Below, piece after piece: positions 56,550-64,000 of a DNA stretch of 64,000 bases. The stretch spans positions 2,089 through 66,088 of the forward strand of contig NZ_JAFUAG010000023.1 in assembly GCF_017464355.1 (NCBI RefSeq), written 5' to 3'. The position numbers and the translations under genes were made by a program. This DNA comes from Ruminococcus sp. (GTDB lineage Bacteria > Bacillota > Clostridia > Oscillospirales > Ruminococcaceae). Each line of letters opens with the position of its first letter. Position 1 is the stretch's first letter. The notes below the pieces were generated by a model. It made no database searches and was not told the DNA's origin. It worked only from the letters and a program-made list of their open reading frames with translations.

Positions 56550-56582
56550 ATGATAGCACACGAGGTTTAAAATAAGTTTAAA
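56550..56582 (-). promoter_or_regulatory. Promoter with 11-bp-phased direct repeats replacing the -35
   Basis: Minus strand: TTTAAAC-ttat-TTTAAAC (56582..56565), 9 nt, TGcTATCAT (-10 at 56555..56550). About 50 nt before the RR start. Confidence 0.45.
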
Positions 56583-56883
56583 CCCACGGAACACTTACTG
56601 AATAATTATAGCACATTCTCTAAAAGTTTTCAATTGATGAACTGTTAACATTAAATAATTTACCAATTTTCCATCATACATGATAGCACGTCTAAAGCTG
56701 CAAGTCAACACAGAAATTGCTTGATCTTATTATGATATTTGAAACATCAATATCATATCACTGCCCCGCTATAGCAGCAATACCACGTTAACAGCACATT
56801 TTCACGGATAGGACAGTATTAAAATTTGACATCAGACAAAAAAGCGCGGGCAAAAAAACTCGCTCACGCTTGTATGACATCTC

Positions 56884-58167
56884 TCAGTTCTCCATGGGCA
56901 GGGGCAGGGTTATCTCTGCGGCAAATTCTGCCTGACCTGCTTCAAGGTTCAGCAGGCCGCCGTATTTCTCCACGGTGGAACGTATTATCGTCAGCCCAAC
57001 ACCGCTGTGACCCGATTTTGTGGAACGGAATTTTCTTCCGTTTCTGATAAGCTTTCCGTCATAGCTGTTGCGGAAGGTTATCAGTATAAAACCGCCCCTC
57101 TGTTCCGCCGATACCTTTATCCATTTATTGGTCACGCTTTCGCAGGCTTCAATGGCATTATCCCACAGGTTAGCAAAAATGGCGGTGATATCGAGGTCAT
57201 TCATAAAGGAGAACTCTATGTCCTCCACATCTGTGCCTATATCTATGCCCTGGGCTTCGGCGGCAGCTATCTTCTGCCCCATGACGATAGCAAGTATGCG
57301 GTTCGAGCAGGTGAAACCTCCTCCCAGGGAATCCACATCGGCCTCGATCATGCGGCGGTACTGGCTGGCTTTGTCGGGTTCCTCGCTTTTAAGTTCGCTG
57401 AGGATAGCCAGGTGCTTTTTTATATCATGGATAACTTTCCTGCCCTCGGCATAATTTTTCTCCAGCTCCTGATAATGAGCAAGCTGTATCTCTATCTGCT
57501 TGTGCAGAAGACCGTTGTCATACCGTGCCTGATAGCTGTCCGCTATACGGCGCATGGTGATGATGAAGTAGACATCCAGCGCCAGGAAACCCACAAGTAT
57601 AGCTATAAGCTTTGCGCCCTCTCCCCTGCTGACCACCCCTGCGGCATATTCGATAGAAACAAATATCTCCAGCACCGACATGAACACGAACATTACCAGC
57701 TCCCCTGCACGGACGACCAGCTGTTCCTTTCGGTTGAAAGCTGTCATGGCTGAAAGGTACATCACACAGCTTATAAGGGTGTGTATGAAATTGATCTGGG
57801 GGTCGGTAAGCTCCTCCATGGTGCTTTTGCCTGTTATGACCGTCCACAGGGCAGAGGCCAGAAGCTCGGATATAACGGCGGCTGCCATAAAGCAAACAGT
57901 GTAGAGCAGACCTTTCTTGAACTCATTCTTATAGACCCAAAGCGTCAGCAGAACGACTCCGCCCAGGTGGGTCAGCAGATTGAAAATGGGTATGCCCACA
58001 ACATTCACAGCCACCGAGATGATGAGTATAGCGGCAGTAATACCGTAAGTCTGCCAGCGGCCGAACCTGCGGGAAAGACTTACCTTTATCAGGAACATAT
58101 TGAGAAGCAGGTAGTAGACGACATTGCTGGCGATATATCCCCCAAGCTTCATAAGTTCGTTATCCAC
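56884..58167 (-). CDS. AgrC/ComD-like GHKL sensor kinase (polytopic N-terminus)
   Basis: 427 aa. About 6-7 TM helices then an HATPase domain (NLWDNAIEA ... GHSGVGLTI). Paired with a LytTR regulator. Confidence 0.85.
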   Translation of the reverse strand: MDNELMKLGGYIASNVVYYLLLNMFLIKVSLSRRFGRWQTYGITAAILIISVAVNVVGIPIFNLLTHLGGVVLLTLWVYKNEFKKGLLYTVCFMAAAVISELLASALWTVITGKSTMEELTDPQINFIHTLISCVMYLSAMTAFNRKEQLVVRAGELVMFVFMSVLEIFVSIEYAAGVVSRGEGAKLIAILVGFLALDVYFIITMRRIADSYQARYDNGLLHKQIEIQLAHYQELEKNYAEGRKVIHDIKKHLAILSELKSEEPDKASQYRRMIEADVDSLGGGFTCSNRILAIVMGQKIAAAEAQGIDIGTDVEDIEFSFMNDLDITAIFANLWDNAIEACESVTNKWIKVSAEQRGGFILITFRNSYDGKLIRNGRKFRSTKSGHSGVGLTIIRSTVEKYGGLLNLEAGQAEFAAEITLPLPMEN

Positions 58168-58171
58168 GGTG

Positions 58172-58882
58172 TCACCTCTTTCTCAGGAACTTGCCCATGG
58201 CGAACAAAAACTCGTCCTGCCGCTGACGGGCAAGGGGCAGCCAGGTGCCTGTAGACATTACCACACCGTCAGACTTGGAATAGCTGTGAACGTATTTCAG
58301 GTTTATATAGCAGGAACGGTGAGTCTGGAAAAGGGGCTCGGAGGAAAATTTTTCTGCCAGTGCAGTGAGCGTTTCATTGGAAACTATCTCCCCGCTGCGA
58401 AGCCCCACGATGACCTCACGCTTTTTCTGTATGAGCAGGTAGCAGACCTCCGAGGCCTCGGTTATCTCCACACCGCGGGACGTTTCTATCTGGACTTTTA
58501 CGCTGTCCGCCTGCTTTACCGAAGCAAGGAAATCGTCCATAACATTGAATATATCGCCCTCGATATAGGGCTTCTGTATAAAATCAAAGGCATGGACTTT
58601 ATAGGCGCTGCGCCAGTATTTGCTGTAACCTGTCACATAGACGATAGGCACGTTGAGATCCATGCCTCGGATACGGCGGGCAGTTTCTATGCCGTTTATG
58701 CCGTTCATCTCGATATCGAGAAATACCACATCAAAGTCCTGCATATCCCTAAGCAGCTCCTCACCGCCATTATATCTGAAGATCTCAGCCTGATCGGAAT
58801 GCCGCCTGAGATACAGCGAAAGCACGTCATTCAGCCTTGCGAGGTCGTCCGCAGAATCGTCGCAAAGGGCTATTTTAAGCAT
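58172..58882 (-). CDS. LytTR-family response regulator
   Basis: Start MLKIALCDDSADDL (ATG 58882). Receiver domain plus C-terminal LytTR domain (FQTHRSCYINLKYV). Confidence 0.9.
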   Translation of the reverse strand: MLKIALCDDSADDLARLNDVLSLYLRRHSDQAEIFRYNGGEELLRDMQDFDVVFLDIEMNGINGIETARRIRGMDLNVPIVYVTGYSKYWRSAYKVHAFDFIQKPYIEGDIFNVMDDFLASVKQADSVKVQIETSRGVEITEASEVCYLLIQKKREVIVGLRSGEIVSNETLTALAEKFSSEPLFQTHRSCYINLKYVHSYSKSDGVVMSTGTWLPLARQRQDEFLFAMGKFLRKR

Positions 58883-58994
58883 AGGATCACTTCTTCCGTT
58901 ATAATATGTCAATACTATTATAGCAACATACAGAGCAAAAAGCAAGCGGGGGTTCCCGAAAAGCAAAATAGGCGGACGAACAGCAGCTTGCCGC

Positions 58995-59033
58995 AAAAAA
59001 TGGTCGGGACAGGTGAACTTCCCTGCCCCGACC
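58995..59033 (-). terminator. Terminator after the GH44-like gene
   Basis: 12-bp stem GGTCGGGACAGG (59002-59013) / CCTGCCCCGACC (59022-59033). On the minus strand it is followed by ATTTTTTG. Confidence 0.75.
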
Positions 59034-59055
59034 TGATTTTACGCAACCGGGTATA

Positions 59056-60849
59056 TCAGCCCTGTTTTTTCTTTCTCAGCCCGAAGAATGCACCGCCAAG
59101 AACAGCTGCTCCAATGGCGATAAATACAGGAGCTTTGCTGCCTGATCTCTTCTTGATATCCTCATTTTTGGACACATCTTCATTTTCAGCAGAAGCCTCT
59201 TCTCCGCCGCCCACAGCGGCCTTATCCTTAGCAATAACAAGCATAGAAACGGTCTCGGGCTCCATTTCATAGGTGACTGTATCGCCGCTGACGGTGACAG
59301 CAGCATTTTCATCTGTCATATCAAACACCTGTGGTGCAAAGCTGTTTAGTCCATATAAATGGACATATGAATAATCTCCGCCCTCTATCTTGATGTTTGC
59401 GGTGGTCTTATCCTTGAAAGCCTTGTTGGTTATCACCAGGGTCAGGACGTCTTTATTATCACCATTTATTGCGGCATAAGCGGTAGAGCGTTCAAGATCG
59501 CTGGTAGTAGCGGGAACCAGGTCAGAGCCGAAATGACCGCCGTTTCCGTCATAGTTGGTATAAAGGTCGATGGCTGCGCACTGGTAATCGGCTTCCATGG
59601 CAAACAGGGTCGCAAGATAGACATCATTTTCGGCAAAAACGCCCAATGCATCGGCCTCTGCGATAGCTCCGCAGATATCGTAGCTGCCCCCGAAATCGTA
59701 TTCGGTGATAGCAATTTTTGTACCCGGGTAGAACTGGTCTATGCTCTGCTTAAGATTTGGCAGCAGCGGCAGGAACGTCCCGCCCGCATCAGTTATCCAG
59801 CTGTCCTCTTTATAGGACTCGTCCCATAAGCTGCGAACAGAGTTAAACCGCGCATTTACGCAGCCTTCCCTTGAATAATGCTTGCAGGAACGCTCGCCGC
59901 ATTCACCCTTAGCTTCGGTATAATAATGAACATCGAGGGCATCAATGAGCCGCACACCTGTTTCGTCCTCGGCGGTCTTCATCTCCTCCAGATAATAGTC
60001 GATGAACCAGCGGTAATCGGGGCGCCAGGACTTGATCTCGTTCCAGTCGGGGGCGCTTACAAAGCTGGTAAAGGCGCTGTAACCGAAAAGAGCAGGCCCG
60101 AAGACCTCAGCATCTGGGTCGATTTCTTTGACGGCTTTCGCCATGGTTATATTTTTCTGAACTATCTCCTCGCAGGTACACTGGTCAGGGTGCATACGGG
60201 AGTGGGTCTGGTGCCAGAGGCCCGGCTCATTATCCATAGAATAGCCTTGAATACCGCCATTTTTCGCACTTCCAAGGGTGTTGAGCAGATAGTTGACATA
60301 TTCGTCCATATACACCGTGCCGTCATTCAGGTCGGGGGTCATCGTAAAGTCGCTGCCCTTGACAAGCTCTACCTTATTCCACCTGTCCGAGGGTGCGGTC
60401 TGGTCTTTTGTAACCTCACCGTCCATGTCTGCTGAAACGTAACCCGCAAGCTGCAGGGTGGTCATGGCATAGGCATCATTCTTCTCTTTGCAGACATTTT
60501 TCAAGTTTATGGACATAGCCCCCGGGGTGTTCCAGAGGTCCTGCGACATAGTTTGCTGAAAGTAATTATCCGAAAGATTAGTTCTGTCTGAACCTGCATT
60601 TGAAGCATTTGTTTCCCAGTTATAAGCCGAAGAACGATTACCGCCCGCACGAATGGCAGTAGGCATTACATCGCCGCCCATGAGTTCTTCATTGATGCCG
60701 AAAATATACGGAGATATAGGCTTTGTCTGACCATTGAGATCAATTTTGATATCCACAGAATTTGAGTTTTCAGCAGAAGCGCTCACAGCACAAAGGGAAA
60801 TAGCTGCTATGGCACAAGCCAGTGAAGCAGAGCGTAATAGTGTTTTCAT
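59056..60849 (-). CDS. Secreted glycoside hydrolase, GH44-like, with a C-terminal transmembrane anchor
   Basis: Signal peptide. GGNRSSAYNWETNASNAGSD and ITEYDFGG resemble GH44 motifs (from memory). The C-terminus KAPVFIAIGAAVLGGAFFGLRKKKQG is a TM helix plus a basic tail. No dockerin and no LPXTG. Confidence 0.55.
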   Translation of the reverse strand: MKTLLRSASLACAIAAISLCAVSASAENSNSVDIKIDLNGQTKPISPYIFGINEELMGGDVMPTAIRAGGNRSSAYNWETNASNAGSDRTNLSDNYFQQTMSQDLWNTPGAMSINLKNVCKEKNDAYAMTTLQLAGYVSADMDGEVTKDQTAPSDRWNKVELVKGSDFTMTPDLNDGTVYMDEYVNYLLNTLGSAKNGGIQGYSMDNEPGLWHQTHSRMHPDQCTCEEIVQKNITMAKAVKEIDPDAEVFGPALFGYSAFTSFVSAPDWNEIKSWRPDYRWFIDYYLEEMKTAEDETGVRLIDALDVHYYTEAKGECGERSCKHYSREGCVNARFNSVRSLWDESYKEDSWITDAGGTFLPLLPNLKQSIDQFYPGTKIAITEYDFGGSYDICGAIAEADALGVFAENDVYLATLFAMEADYQCAAIDLYTNYDGNGGHFGSDLVPATTSDLERSTAYAAINGDNKDVLTLVITNKAFKDKTTANIKIEGGDYSYVHLYGLNSFAPQVFDMTDENAAVTVSGDTVTYEMEPETVSMLVIAKDKAAVGGGEEASAENEDVSKNEDIKKRSGSKAPVFIAIGAAVLGGAFFGLRKKKQG

Positions 60850-61030
60850 AAAGACCTCCTGAGTTAATACAAAAGATAAATATTAACAAAAATTAAAGTT
60901 ATACGCAAAACTAATTTAACTTAAGAAAATTCTGACAATGCCAAGGAACGTGCGCCCAACAGAAAATCCTGAAAGGACGCATAAGCTTGTTTGCATTAGA
61001 TAGTCTAATAAAATAAATGAAAAAATAAGC

Positions 61031-61059
61031 TTGATTTATAAGAAAAAATATGGTATAAT
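61031..61059 (+). promoter_or_regulatory. Sigma-A-type promoter of the LysR gene
   Basis: TTGATT (61031-61036), 17 nt, TGgTATAAT (-10 at 61054-61059). Confidence 0.55.
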
Positions 61060-61121
61060 ATACGCGAAAAGAGATCATAAACTGTACAATATGATGTACA
61101 ATTAATGTAAGGGAGAGTGCA

Positions 61122-61994
61122 ATGCTAAAGCAGATACGCTATTTTCAATCAGTTGTCAGGCTGGGGAGCTTCACAGCGGCAGCCGAAGAACATTACATCT
61201 CACAATCAGCTATCTCGCAGCAGATCAAGGCACTGGAAGATGAGCTTGGTGTCAGACTTCTAGACCGCAAGAAACGGTCATTTAAGTTGACCGAAGCAGG
61301 AGAATTCTTTTACAAAAAATCACTTGTGCTTGTATCGGACTACGATGCTATCTGCAAGCAGCTGCAAAATATTGCCAAAGGTGGTGAAGAAACTCTGCGT
61401 GTCGGCTTGCTCAAAGGCTACCGCGGACGTGAATTTCAGGCCGCAGTTGCGAGATTTTCTGCTGTTCACCCCGATGTCAGCGTCAAAGTGACTCACGGAT
61501 GCCACGATGCCCTTTACGACCTTATGCGGCGCAGCGAACTGGACCTTGTGCTAAACGACCAAAGACGCGCATTTTCAGACGAATACGTGAATATCGTCCT
61601 TGATATATGCGAGTATCACGCTGAGATCTCAGCAGCTAGTCCGCTGGCTGCGCTGAAGTCAGTGGAGGTCAGCGACCTTAAAAATCTGCCGCTGATACTT
61701 CTCGCAAACGAAGAACAGCGTGAGACCGAACGACGATTTTTCGCCGAAGATATGGGATTTCAGAGCGAGATCAGTTTCTCTGAATACCTTGATGATGCTT
61801 ATATGCAGGTCGTGCAGGGACGGGGTTTCATGCTGATCGAGGGAAGTTCGGAACCGATAGGCGATGCAACTTGTTCAGTAAAACTGACCCGCAGCGACCA
61901 GCCGATAATACGGCGATATTGCGCGTTTTGCAGACTTGACAGCATGAAAACTTCGACCGAGAAATTCATCGATATACTAAAAGAAGAGTTCTGA
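61122..61994 (+). CDS. LysR-family transcriptional regulator
   Basis: MLKQIRYFQSVVRLGSFTAAAEEHYISQSAISQQIKALEDELG HTH plus a substrate-binding domain. Confidence 0.92.
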   Translation: MLKQIRYFQSVVRLGSFTAAAEEHYISQSAISQQIKALEDELGVRLLDRKKRSFKLTEAGEFFYKKSLVLVSDYDAICKQLQNIAKGGEETLRVGLLKGYRGREFQAAVARFSAVHPDVSVKVTHGCHDALYDLMRRSELDLVLNDQRRAFSDEYVNIVLDICEYHAEISAASPLAALKSVEVSDLKNLPLILLANEEQRETERRFFAEDMGFQSEISFSEYLDDAYMQVVQGRGFMLIEGSSEPIGDATCSVKLTRSDQPIIRRYCAFCRLDSMKTSTEKFIDILKEEF

Positions 61995-62011
61995 TAAATT
62001 GAACAGATTGC

Positions 62012-62038
62012 GCAAAATATGATGTAAACATATTTTGC
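62012..62038. terminator. Hairpin between convergent genes (no U-tract)
   Basis: 10-bp stem GCAAAATATG (62012-62021) / CATATTTTGC (62029-62038), exactly filling the gap between the LysR stop region and the 62039 stop. Confidence 0.4.
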
Positions 62039-62713
62039 TCAAAAATTCTTGATATCGCCTTCGAAAATATAGCCGATAATAAACCTTTTTTCCTTATAGG
62101 CTTCGGCGATATCCCCTAAAATCCGAGGGGTGGAGTCACCGCCATACAGATTGTAGACATAAAATCTGCCTGCACGCCAGCGGTATGCAACGGTGTGAAG
62201 ACCTCCGCTGAAGAAATTTATCTTACCAAATTTTGCGGTAGAACGCTTATTGTTCCAGAAAGAGATTATCCCGCAGCTGGCAGCAGAAGTCTTGGCAGAA
62301 CGCGCAAATAAGGCGCCGTCGCGGCATGATGTATAGGGCATATCATGTTTTTTAAAGAAGTACCACAGCTTCTTCGGGGCCGTGCCCCAGTAGCCGTTCG
62401 GAAACAGGTAATGCATTCGGTTAAGCTCAAATTCAAATACGACCTGAGGGAAATCAATTTCCCGACCGAGCATTTTAGCCGCGTTATAACAGGCTATAAG
62501 CTCGCAGCCGTTCCAGCTCAGTGGATAGGTCCCATAACGCATATCACACAGCGGAGAAGTCCTCTGGCCATTCAGCAATTTTTGACCAGTGCTTGCAAAT
62601 ACTTTACGATTGTGGTCAAAATTGAGCAAAGTCTGCTTTATGCGCACCATATCCGAGGGCAGCGCAGCTATCAGTTTAGTGCGTTCATCCGCCGAGATAA
62701 GCCATTTTTTCAC
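62039..62713 (-). CDS. Hypothetical protein (224 aa), possible papain/NAT-like Cys-His fold
   Basis: ORF track. Candidate nucleophile in SWNGCELIACYNA and candidate His in GGLHTVAY. No family recognised with confidence. Confidence 0.6.
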   Translation of the reverse strand: MKKWLISADERTKLIAALPSDMVRIKQTLLNFDHNRKVFASTGQKLLNGQRTSPLCDMRYGTYPLSWNGCELIACYNAAKMLGREIDFPQVVFEFELNRMHYLFPNGYWGTAPKKLWYFFKKHDMPYTSCRDGALFARSAKTSAASCGIISFWNNKRSTAKFGKINFFSGGLHTVAYRWRAGRFYVYNLYGGDSTPRILGDIAEAYKEKRFIIGYIFEGDIKNF

Positions 62714-62949
62714 GATATCACCCCTTTACAAATATAGCACATATTCTAAAAAAAAGCAATAGCCATGGGACTATTTCAGGTGTTTGCAAGATGCATAGGT
62801 CATGTAACACAAATTTTCCGTTCAGAAATTGTGCATAAAAGACAAAAAGCACACTCTGTACAGAATGTGCTTATGATTCAAGTCGTTCTATGGTTAATTT
62901 AATCTAGATTTTTAAACCAGCGTAAAAATCAGAATATCAATAATTGCGG

Positions 62950-63456
62950 TTAATTGGCCCGTGCCTCTATCCTGGTGCGGATATAACCGAGAACTTCCTC
63001 ACGGGGTATCCCGAGAACAACAGAAAACTCGCCGTAAACCAGATTTTCAGCCTGCTCCAGAAACTGTTGTTCAGCACGGCTGAGTTTCCTGTTCAGGCTT
63101 TTGGCACGTTCACCTCGGTGCCATATCTCCTTGATCATGCTAATAAGTTCAGCGGTATCATGACTCTTCATTGAAGCTGAGTAATGCTCGCGGACAAGTC
63201 TGGGATTGCGTTCGCTGAAATCTTCCTCGCCGATCTCGGGAATACTGTCGATAAGAGCATTAGCCTCATCTGCTGTCATGACCTTACGCATGAAAACGCC
63301 CGTATCTACGGGAACATAGCTTGTTCCGCTGCCGAAAACAGGCTCCATTGTGTAGTACTGTTTTCCCTCACAGCCCTTAATGCCTATCGAGCCAACTTCA
63401 AGCACGCGGTAAACACCGCTGTTACCATAAACCACAAGTTCACCTGCATCAAACAT
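62950..63456 (-). CDS. CarD/CdnL-family RNA-polymerase-binding regulator
   Basis: MFDAGELVVYGNSGVYRVLEV...YYTMEPV N-terminal CarD_CdnL_TRCF domain. 168 aa. Confidence 0.8.
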   Translation of the reverse strand: MFDAGELVVYGNSGVYRVLEVGSIGIKGCEGKQYYTMEPVFGSGTSYVPVDTGVFMRKVMTADEANALIDSIPEIGEEDFSERNPRLVREHYSASMKSHDTAELISMIKEIWHRGERAKSLNRKLSRAEQQFLEQAENLVYGEFSVVLGIPREEVLGYIRTRIEARAN

Positions 63457-63671
63457 TTTATCACCCTTTACAAATTTTTATAGGAAACACTTCCCCTATT
63501 TATTAATATAACACAGTTCTGTCAATTTTTCAAAGGCTATCTTTCACAAAATTCGGGCGATTATTTTACGTTATGTCACAGCAAAATGCGCATACAACTT
63601 TAAATCATCTGCTTAAGTTAAGTTTGGTTTTTATATGTATATTACTTAAATCGCAATTTTGGGAGGTTAAT

Positions 63672-64000
63672 ATGAATAACATCAGTATTGCAAATGAAAC
63701 TATCAAAATTACATCTGACGGTTTCTATGAACTCAACGGACAAAAGGTCAGCCTTCTCTCAGAGGACCCAAAGCAAGTCAAAATCATATCCCCAAAAGAG
63801 GGTGAATTGCTGTTAAATACCGATATTTCGCAGTTTCAGAGGGATAAGCTCTGTTCGATAGAAGTAACCTGCGAAAGTTCGTTTCAGGCTGCCGCAAGAC
63901 TTGACCACCCTCTCGTCATGAATTTTGCCAATGCCCACAATCCCGGTGGCGGTTTCCGTATGGGAGCAAATGCTCAGGAGGAGGCGCTTTGCAGATGCAG
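63672..64000 (+). CDS. TIGR02452/DUF2263-family macrodomain protein (bacterial PARG-like), 5' part only
   Basis: GGGAGG RBS. ...MNFANAHNPGGGFRMGANAQEEALCRC matches the PARG-like signature. Runs off the window end. Confidence 0.75.
   Translation, partial: MNNISIANETIKITSDGFYELNGQKVSLLSEDPKQVKIISPKEGELLLNTDISQFQRDKLCSIEVTCESSFQAAARLDHPLVMNFANAHNPGGGFRMGANAQEEALCRC

Noticed and set aside
56787-56818. GTTAACAGCA-N12-TAGGACAGTA, a possible LytTR-type direct repeat (about 22-bp period) downstream of the AgrC-like kinase.
   Set aside because: It is a weak match to the 9-bp LytTR consensus. It lies downstream of the kinase stop, with no gene or convincing promoter for it to control. No equivalent site occurs upstream of the RR/HK operon.
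1-64000. Search by eye for CRISPR arrays, tRNA/rRNA/tmRNA genes, IS elements or transposases, integrases, reverse transcriptases, restriction-modification genes or known defence genes.
   Set aside because: None found. The only tandem repeats are coding (51557-51705) or short operator-like repeats. A tRNAscan, Infernal or defence-system HMM run would be needed to exclude small or divergent elements.

Overview
The window looks like a chromosomal segment of an endospore-forming Clostridia genome. It is probably Oscillospiraceae/Ruminococcus-like: spoVFA/spoVFB, spmA/spmB and abrB sit alongside a dockerin-repeat remnant, a GH44-like glycanase and a Cthe_2159-type beta-helix protein. I saw no rRNA, tRNA, CRISPR array, transposase or intact prophage.

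Conserved blocks:
- an EF-G paralog
- dipicolinate synthase (spoVFAB) and a 2x[4Fe-4S] ferredoxin
- an arylacetate/indolepyruvate cluster (iorA, iorB, paaK, ACT protein)
- a C-N hydrolase, galK-like and trmB operon
- an L-fucose operon (fucI, kinase, fucU, kptA, fucA)
- sfsA, an SDR, sbcDC, spmAB and abrB
- the dgt-dnaG-rpoD macromolecular-synthesis operon with an Rrf2 regulator and a GH25-like gene
- yigZ and rpmE

Accessory or poorly understood content:
1. 1-1440: a decayed phage MuF-like gene end fused to a low-GC HExxH module, followed by a 50-aa zinc-ribbon gene.
2. 1462-7034: an intramembrane-sensing two-component system with a membrane protein, a 28-aa peptide gene and an unusual ABC transporter (two ATPases, one permease). 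A 36-nt operator-like element is present twice (33/36 identical).
3. 23195-24446: three translationally coupled unknown small genes wedged between a galK-like gene and trmB.
4. about 30.3-35.5 kb: a visibly AT-rich island of a DUF2975/XRE pair plus membrane and lipoprotein genes.
5. 50618-56582: a VTC / DUF4956 / Cthe_2159 cluster with its own OmpR-type two-component system and 11-bp-phased direct repeats.
6. 56884-58882: an orphan AgrC-like/LytTR pair next to the membrane-anchored GH44-like enzyme.

None of these can be shown to be a novel system from sequence alone. Items 2, 3 and 5 are the best candidates for follow-up. All family assignments come from motif recognition by eye, not from searches. 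The many long ORFs antisense to real genes are codon-usage artefacts.
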